Positions 57,865-64,000 of a DNA stretch of 64,000 bases are shown piece after piece. Location: positions 2,209 to 66,208 of the forward strand of contig JABEVK010000020.1 of the NCBI GenBank assembly GCA_013044245.1, read 5' to 3'. The position numbers and the translations under genes were made by a program. The number at the start of each line of letters is the position of its first letter. Position 1 is the stretch's first letter. The DNA comes from Spirochaetales bacterium. Lineage in GTDB: Bacteria; Spirochaetota; Spirochaetia; JABEVK01. The notes under the pieces were generated by a model that was not told the DNA's origin, did not search any database, and saw only the letters and a list, made by a program, of their open reading frames with translations.

Positions 57865-58761
57865 CTAGGCGTACAGATCAAGAAGTGCTTGAGCGCCCCG
57901 AACAATGAAATCACCGTGAACCTGCGGGTCGACCTCGGTTATACGAATGCTTAACCGCTCACGTTGCCCAGCTTCGCGCCAGGTTGTTTCCCATTTTTTC
58001 ACCCGTAGGGGAAAAAGCACCAAATTATCTATTCCTGAGTCTCGGTGAAACGGTAAAAGCAGGGGGTGGCCAACTAAGTTGCCGCCAACGCCTGCTTCCT
58101 CATGACATTCCATAACCGCTACTTGCGCAGGCGTTAGGCCTTTTTCGGGTTGTCCTTTAGGAAAAATCCAGCGTGATGAACCGCGAGTTGTTTCGGAACC
58201 ACGGGTAGAAATGATGACCAGCTCGGTTTGCCCACCTTTTTGGCGAAACGGCAGGCCTCCAAAGGCCCAGGTTGCCGAAGCCTCTGCCGAAAGGGGAAGC
58301 GTGGGTTGGGGCTGGGCGAGAGACTGTTCCCGAAACCGGGGGTCAAAAGTTAGTTCATAGCCAAAGTAACGCGGGGGGCGGAATAGTCGTGCTTGTTCGG
58401 GTGATGCAAATCTCACCACTGCAGTCTTCAAGCCAGCCAAGGGACCAGCATAGAAAAAAAGTTCCCCGGAGAGCTTTTTTCCTCGAGAAACTATTTTTTC
58501 GAGGGGAACTCCATGCCGCACAATCCGGTCAGGGGCTTGTTCCCACAAGTCAGCAGATGCCTCTTGGTCCAGCAAAACCTTGGTACGTTTCAAAGACTGG
58601 TCTTGCTGAAGGCTCAATTCGAGGGCGGGCGGGAGAGAGTTTTGCTTGAGTAGGCGCATATCCCAGAGGCCCGTGTTGGGCAAAAAGGCCAATTCTTCGG
58701 ATCGGCAGAACTTTTCAGAGGGTCGTGAACCGGTCCAGAAAAACGTTCGCTCATAACTCAA
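57865..58761 (-). CDS. Nudix hydrolase domain protein with an unassigned ~190-aa N-terminal region
   Basis: Nudix box GQPEKGLTPAQVAVMECHEEAGV (Gx5Ex7REUxEExGU-like) near the C-terminus. Confidence 0.6.
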   Translation of the reverse strand: MSYERTFFWTGSRPSEKFCRSEELAFLPNTGLWDMRLLKQNSLPPALELSLQQDQSLKRTKVLLDQEASADLWEQAPDRIVRHGVPLEKIVSRGKKLSGELFFYAGPLAGLKTAVVRFASPEQARLFRPPRYFGYELTFDPRFREQSLAQPQPTLPLSAEASATWAFGGLPFRQKGGQTELVIISTRGSETTRGSSRWIFPKGQPEKGLTPAQVAVMECHEEAGVGGNLVGHPLLLPFHRDSGIDNLVLFPLRVKKWETTWREAGQRERLSIRITEVDPQVHGDFIVRGAQALLDLYA

Positions 58762-60161
58762 GGGGTTTCTCCGGGATAGGGCTTGAGGCTCTGTAAAAGG
58801 GCAAAAGCCTTGCGAAGCCGGGGTGCGGCCAATCGCAACAGCGATCTATGAACCTGCCATTGCATTTGACGGGCTTCTGCCCAAAGGGTGCCCCATAGAA
58901 CGCCTCGGGGCAGGGGTGCTACTGCTGTCTTTTTGGCGTCAAGGTCGCTCGTGACGCGGCGCAAAATCACTGAAAGGTCCTGAAAAGCCCCGAGACGGTC
59001 TTGCAAAGCACGGATTTCTTTAACGAGCACGGCATAAACTTTGGGAGGGCACCAATAGCCCAAGACTTCTAAGCTATAGCGGCCTTTTTTGAGTTGGATT
59101 CGGGCCTGGTGAAGCTGTTCTACGGATGGTGACGATCCGAGTTCGCGAGGAATTTTTCGTAGCTTGGCAAGCTGCGCTAAGAGCGGTAAGGCCGCTTCTT
59201 CCATGGCAGGACCAGGAACCGATAAGCTGTCGAGGCCCTGCGTGAACTCCTCGATGAGTTTTTGGTAGCTTTCGGATTTAAGCCAGCTTTTCCAAGCCCG
59301 AGACTCTGTTTGCCTTTGTTTTTCGAGAGCCGCTTTCCAGAGCGTCCAGTCATTGGCAAATTCGGGGGGTAATAAGCGGATAAAGCTTTGCCAACTGGTC
59401 AAAAGAACATCGAGGTCTCGTAATTCATTGCTGGGACGCATGAGGGCTTGAAGTTGTTGCGACAAGGCTTTGAGCGAAGAGCCAAAGAGCTTTTGTCCCA
59501 GGCGAACAATCGACCTTGCGCGCCTGAGGCGGGTACGGTACCGATGCAGACACTCGGTATCAACACTGTTTAACATTCCCTTTTCGTATTGGCGAGCCAG
59601 AGTAAACTCTCGGCGAAGGCAGGTCACAAAGTAGCTGGATGCGCTCTCGCCTTCAATTGGTTTGCTCCAGCTCGGCCACACGAAGCTATGACGCAAGGGT
59701 GCAACGAGAGACGTTCCCCGGTCGGTGATACGTTCCAATTCGTGAGATAAACTCTCGAGGATGACCGGAGCTAAGGGGTCATCTGTTTCCCCCAAGGCCA
59801 AAAACGTTCCGTGACGGCTGTGGGTTAGCCAACCCTGTAAGGACCGCATCGAACCTGTCGAAAACCTTACTTCTTGAATTGTTAAGTGAGCTTTAGCCCA
59901 TAAGACGGGCCTTTGAAGGCCAAAATCCGACCAAGAACCTGGTAAAGCCCGCCACGAAGGGGGTTGAACAAGAAATGGCGCAGAGGTTTCGTTTTGCACC
60001 CAGGCTTTGCCTTCTCTTCCCCAGTGGCCATCATAGGTATCCCAGAACTCCCAAGTTGTTGATTGAGCTGGTCCTAAAACTCCGGGGTACCGTAAAAAAA
60101 AGACTTCAAGAAAGTGCGCAAGGGAACGATTGCTCCTGAGGCGAAAAACTTCATCCGGCAT
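58758..60161 (-). CDS. CHAD-domain protein (467 aa)
   Basis: Recurrent LH..R...KR.RY..E-type helices in the C-terminal half (ECLHRYRTRLRRARSIVRL; QLHQARIQLKKGRYSLEVL). N-terminal domain not assigned, and CYTH is not evident. 4-nt overlap with the Nudix gene. Confidence 0.5.
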   Translation of the reverse strand: MPDEVFRLRSNRSLAHFLEVFFLRYPGVLGPAQSTTWEFWDTYDGHWGREGKAWVQNETSAPFLVQPPSWRALPGSWSDFGLQRPVLWAKAHLTIQEVRFSTGSMRSLQGWLTHSRHGTFLALGETDDPLAPVILESLSHELERITDRGTSLVAPLRHSFVWPSWSKPIEGESASSYFVTCLRREFTLARQYEKGMLNSVDTECLHRYRTRLRRARSIVRLGQKLFGSSLKALSQQLQALMRPSNELRDLDVLLTSWQSFIRLLPPEFANDWTLWKAALEKQRQTESRAWKSWLKSESYQKLIEEFTQGLDSLSVPGPAMEEAALPLLAQLAKLRKIPRELGSSPSVEQLHQARIQLKKGRYSLEVLGYWCPPKVYAVLVKEIRALQDRLGAFQDLSVILRRVTSDLDAKKTAVAPLPRGVLWGTLWAEARQMQWQVHRSLLRLAAPRLRKAFALLQSLKPYPGETP

Positions 60162-60284
60162 GCTGAACTCCTAGTTTGAGGCCTTAGGCGCCGCGTATGC
60201 CGTGATTATGCCAAGCAAAAACAGACCTGCCCAGGTGCTAGACAATTCTTAATAAAATTTTGACGAAGTCCTCACATATCCTGC

Positions 60285-60596
60285 ATGGAAAAAAAGAATA
60301 CTCCCCAGGAAACCGCCCGAGAAAGCGAGGAAAAAATGATCTACCACGATTTGGTTCGGGTCAGCCGCAAGTTGTTGGAGCCCTCGGTTCGTGAGTTTCT
60401 TCCTGTTGAGCTATGGGAAGAAGCCTTTGAGGCCTGCGCCTCTGGCCCGGAGTGGGAAGAGTTTTGTCGACAACGGCAACAAGCGCCAGAATGGCCTTTT
60501 GTGCAAAATTTGTGGGAACACTCGCGCCAGCCGTTTTGCAAACCAAAAAAGTCGGTGAGTCTAGCGCCACTGGACACCTGTGGTCTCCTTCATTAA
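60285..60596 (+). CDS. Hypothetical small protein (103 aa, several Cys, acidic)
   Basis: ORF only; no RBS and no motif. Confidence 0.3.
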   Translation: MEKKNTPQETARESEEKMIYHDLVRVSRKLLEPSVREFLPVELWEEAFEACASGPEWEEFCRQRQQAPEWPFVQNLWEHSRQPFCKPKKSVSLAPLDTCGLLH

Positions 60597-60631
60597 AAAT
60601 GATAGCGCCCAATTCGTGAAGAGTTTTCGTA

Positions 60632-60669
60632 GCAACAAAGAATTTCTTGAGCAATAAAGAATTTCTTAA
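60632..60669 (+). repeat. Tandem 19-nt direct repeat (GCAACAAAGAATTTCTTGA / GCAATAAAGAATTTCTTAA) ~65 nt upstream of leuC
   Basis: 17/19 identical and directly adjacent. A GGGG-TTATT-CCCC hairpin and a GAGGAGG RBS follow. Confidence 0.5.
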
Positions 60670-60732
60670 GAGACGGAGCCTTTTCAGGCGGTGGGTGTAT
60701 TCGGGGTTATTCCCCTGACGAGGAGGAGCGGT

Positions 60733-61998
60733 ATGGGAAAAACCATCGCTCAAAAAATCTTTGAGGCCCATCTTGTCGATAGGCCGTTTGGCGAAGCGTG
60801 GGTTTTAAAACTTGACGCTGTGTTTTGCCATGAAATCACCACCCCCATTGCCATTGCGGACTTGATGGAAAAAGGGATGGATAGGGTTTTTGACCCTACG
60901 AAAATCAAGGCGGTCATCGATCATGTGACACCTGCCAAGGATTCTAAGACCGCTTTGCAGGGTAAGATGCTTCGGGATTGGGCTCGGCGGCACGACATCA
61001 AGGATTTTTTTGACATTGGCCGCAATGGGGTTTGTCATGCCTTGTTCCCTGAAAAGGGCTTTGTCCGCCCCGGCTACACCATCATTATGGGCGATAGCCA
61101 TACGTGTACTCATGGCGCGTTTGGGGCCTTTGCCGCTGGTGTGGGAACCACCGACCTCGAAGTGGGCATTTTGAAAGGTGTCTGCGCGTTTCGTGAGCCC
61201 AAGACCATCAAGGTCGAATTGACGGGAAAGTTACCAGCCGGAGTTTTTGCCAAGGACGTGATTCTTAAAGTCATTAGCAGTCTGGGGGTGAATGGAGCAA
61301 CGGACCGAGTTCTGGAGTTTACAGGCCCGGTTGTCGAGGCCTTGTCGATGGAAGGCCGCATGACGCTGGCGAATATGGCCATTGAAGCCGGGGGGACCTC
61401 GGGAATTTGTGCCCCTGATATGACGACTGTTGAGTACCTCTGGCCGTTCATTCAAAACGAGTTTTCTTCGAAAGAAGAGGCTTTAGCCCATTACCGCCGT
61501 TGGGTCTCGGACTCTGATGCTGTCTACGATAGTGTGCTCAGCCTCGATGTTTCACGCTTGGAGCCTGTCGCGACCTTTGGCTACAAACCCGATCAGGTCA
61601 AAACGCTTAAGGAACTCAAGGGTACAAGGGTGGATCAAGTCTACATCGGCAGTTGTACCAATGGCCGTATTGAGGACCTTCGTCAGGCGGCAGGCATTCT
61701 TAAAGGAAAGCGCGTTGCCGAACACGTACGCGGAATTGTTAGTCCGGCAACCCCGGCGGTCTACCAGCAAGCCCTCAAAGAGGGCCTGATTGAGATTTTT
61801 ATGGACGCAGGATTTTGCGTCACCAACCCTACCTGTGGCGCTTGCTTAGGAATGTCGAACGGCGTGTTGGCCGAAGGCGAAGTGTGTGCTTCGACCACCA
61901 ATAGAAACTTTTTTGGCCGGATGGGAAAGGGCGGAATGGTGCACCTGATGAGTCCCGCCAGTGCCGCATTAACGGCAATAACCGGCGAAATTGCCTAA
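60733..61998 (+). CDS. leuC: 3-isopropylmalate / homoaconitate-type dehydratase large subunit (aconitase family, short archaeal-type LeuC)
   Basis: ~421 aa; Fe-S ligand Cys region SCTNGRIEDL...CGACLGM; MGDSHTCTHGAFGAFA. GAGGAGG RBS before ATG 60733. Confidence 0.85.
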   Translation: MGKTIAQKIFEAHLVDRPFGEAWVLKLDAVFCHEITTPIAIADLMEKGMDRVFDPTKIKAVIDHVTPAKDSKTALQGKMLRDWARRHDIKDFFDIGRNGVCHALFPEKGFVRPGYTIIMGDSHTCTHGAFGAFAAGVGTTDLEVGILKGVCAFREPKTIKVELTGKLPAGVFAKDVILKVISSLGVNGATDRVLEFTGPVVEALSMEGRMTLANMAIEAGGTSGICAPDMTTVEYLWPFIQNEFSSKEEALAHYRRWVSDSDAVYDSVLSLDVSRLEPVATFGYKPDQVKTLKELKGTRVDQVYIGSCTNGRIEDLRQAAGILKGKRVAEHVRGIVSPATPAVYQQALKEGLIEIFMDAGFCVTNPTCGACLGMSNGVLAEGEVCASTTNRNFFGRMGKGGMVHLMSPASAALTAITGEIA

Positions 61999-62027
61999 GG
62001 CCTTAAAAGGCTTGTAAAGAGGAAAAG

Positions 62028-62552
62028 ATGAAAAATTTTAACGGCAAGGTCCTTTTTTTGGACCGAAACGATATTAATACCGACGAAATCATTCCCGCCA
62101 AGTACCTGACGGAAGTTACAAAATTAGCATTGAAGCCCTATTGCTTAGAAGACCTCAAGCTTGAGAGTTTTCAACCGCAACGGGATGTGCCGGGAAAAAC
62201 CGTGGTGGTGAGTCGGGACAACTTTGGTTGTGGATCCAGCCGGGAGCATGCTCCTTGGGCGTTAGAAGTGAACGGAATTTATGCGGTGGTGGCTTCGGGC
62301 TTTGCGCGCATTTTTCGTGGAAACATGTTCAACGGTGGTCTGATGGCGGTTACCTTAACAGCATCGCAAATCGACGAGCTGTTTGGCACCTTTGCGGGCC
62401 AAGCCTGCACGATGTCCACGGATTGGTCGGCTCAGACGATCACCTTTTCGGCAGGAAAGACCCAAAAAACTTATGACATTGGCCTGGGCGGGTTTGAAAA
62501 AGCCCTCGTTGAAGCCGGTGGTTGGGTTGAATACGCCGCGGCGCATTATTAA
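62028..62552 (+). CDS. leuD: 3-isopropylmalate dehydratase small subunit (LeuD, swivel domain)
   Basis: 174 aa; VVSRDNFGCGSSREHAPWAL motif. Confidence 0.85.
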   Translation: MKNFNGKVLFLDRNDINTDEIIPAKYLTEVTKLALKPYCLEDLKLESFQPQRDVPGKTVVVSRDNFGCGSSREHAPWALEVNGIYAVVASGFARIFRGNMFNGGLMAVTLTASQIDELFGTFAGQACTMSTDWSAQTITFSAGKTQKTYDIGLGGFEKALVEAGGWVEYAAAHY

Positions 62553-62627
62553 CGATCGGGCCACGGGCCCTGAGTACCCTTACATCAGTGAGTCAATTTT
62601 GCTACAATGACTCTGTGAGGATGCGTA

Positions 62628-64000
62628 TGCCCAAGGAACTTTTAGCTGGTCTTGACGTTGGTTCTACCACCGTCAAGATCGCTGTGCTCGACCCCCAGTC
62701 CAAAGAGTTGCTGTTTGCTGATTACCGGCGACATAATGCCGATCAAGGCGGCATGGTCGAAACTCTTTTGCGAGAGACGCATCGCCGCTTTCCCGACCAC
62801 CCCCTGCGCCTAACCTTTTGCGGTAGCGCGGGCGAACCCTATTCGCGTTTAACGGGGGCCTTCTTTGTTCAGGAGGTTGTCGCCAACACCATTGCCATCA
62901 AAGAACTGCATCCGCAAACCAGTGTCGCGGTAGAACTCGGCGGACAGGATGCCAAGGTCGTATTTTTTCGTGCTGATGAGCGTACGGGCAAGCTCGTGGC
63001 ATCGGATATGCGCATGAATGGTAGTTGTGCCGGTGGAACTGGGGCATTTATTGATCAAATCGCCGAGCTTTTAGAAATTCGCATTGAAGATTTTAACAGT
63101 TTAGCCGCACAGGGAAAAACTGTTTATGATATTTCGGGGCGCTGCGGCGTTTTTGCCAAAACCGACATTCAACCGCTGTTAAATCAGGGTGTCGCCAAGG
63201 CCGACATCGCGTTGTCGAGCTTTCACGCCATCGCGAAACAAACCATTGGCGGGCTGGCCCAGGGTATGGACATTAAGCCACCCGTAATCTTTGAAGGTGG
63301 GCCAATGACCTTCAATCCCATCTTGGTGAAGGTGTTTCAAAGCCGTCTCAATCTGATGGACCACCAAATTGTTATACCTGAGCGGCCCGAAGTGATTGTT
63401 GCCTATGGTGCCGCTTTGGCCGGCGAAACTCTCTATGGTGACCGCCCCGTCGGCTACCAGGGGTTGTCGGTTCTGGACGGTTTTCAAGCCGCTCGCGAAA
63501 AGCTTGATGCCGAAAACCGGCGCAATGCGGCTCACTTTTTTGAGTCGCCCAGCGACCGACAACAATTCGAGGAGCGTTACCCCGCTTCCTCCTGGAAACC
63601 CGTTCCGCCAACACCGGGTATGGTTCGTGCGTACTTGGGTGTCGATGGTGGTTCGACGACAACTAAGTTCATCTTAATGGATGAATCGGGCCACGTCATC
63701 GATAAGTTCTATAAAAACAATACAGGTGACCCCTTAAAGGTGCTTCAGTCTGCCCTCCTTGAGATGCGCCAGAAATACTTGGATGCTGGTAGCGACCTTG
63801 AGATTCTGGGCTGTGGTACAACCGGCTATGCTGAAAACCTCTTTGCTAAGGCTCTGCACGCTGATTTTCACACGGTAGAAACGGTATCCCATGCCGAAGC
63901 GGCTCGTTCCTTAAAGCCGGACGCAACCTTTATTTTGGATATTGGCGGTCAGGACATGAAGGCCATCTTTTTAAATAAAAGTGTGGTCACGGGAATTGTC
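62628..64000 (+). CDS. CoA-substrate-specific enzyme activase (BadF/BadG/BcrA/BcrD-type double ATPase, HgdC-like); 3' end outside the window
   Basis: Two actin-fold ATPase modules: LAGLDVGSTTVKIAVL and AYLGVDGGSTTTKFILM, with ASDMRMNGSCAGGTGAFID. The frame is open to the window end; the ORF track omits it because no stop lies within the window. Confidence 0.75.

Noticed and set aside
1-64000. CRISPR arrays, rRNA genes, integrase/transposase genes, prophage blocks
   Set aside because: Scanned for regularly spaced direct repeats, rRNA-like conserved stretches, and DDE/tyrosine-recombinase motifs. None were found. The only tandem repeats are the two 19-nt copies upstream of leuC and the TGTGAT heptamers.

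Overview
This is a 64 kb, densely coded chromosomal segment (roughly 52% GC) from what looks like a diderm bacterium. The evidence for that is several signal-peptide beta-barrel proteins ending in C-terminal aromatic residues and an ExbB/ExbD/TonB-like set. Housekeeping genes include dnaK (3' part), dnaJ, an acyl-CoA synthetase, arfB, leuS, dcd, msrAB, dus, leuCD and one tRNA-Val(CAC). Interleaved with them are signalling genes: two class III nucleotidyl cyclases (one GAF-linked), an HD-GYP protein, a Crp/Fnr regulator, a PP2C phosphatase and an OmpR/histidine-kinase pair. Envelope and export genes include ExbB-ExbD-TonB-like plus a short Omp85-like barrel, a LolA-like/MacB-type ABC operon, and several outer-membrane proteins. 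Carbohydrate genes include a GH94 cellobiose phosphorylase, a MalK-type ATPase and a GT4 glycosyltransferase. No CRISPR arrays, rRNA genes, integrases or obvious IS elements were seen. The most unusual feature is an SMC-like MksF/MksE (JetA/JetB-like) gene pair at 47-49 kb whose cognate MukB/JetC-like ATPase (1108 aa) sits 6.4 kb away at 37-41 kb, behind an intervening LolA/MacB-type ABC operon. No JetD/MksG-like gene is visible in the window. Other items worth a second look are a two-DTG aspartic protease fused to a PDZ-like domain, a YD-like repeat protein, a cluster of five TGTGAT heptamers around an extended -10 promoter upstream of msrAB, an FNR/CRP-type box between a Crp/Fnr gene and a hemerythrin-like gene next to a GAF-cyclase, and two apparently leaderless promoters. 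All functional calls are from reading motifs in the supplied translations; no database search was possible.
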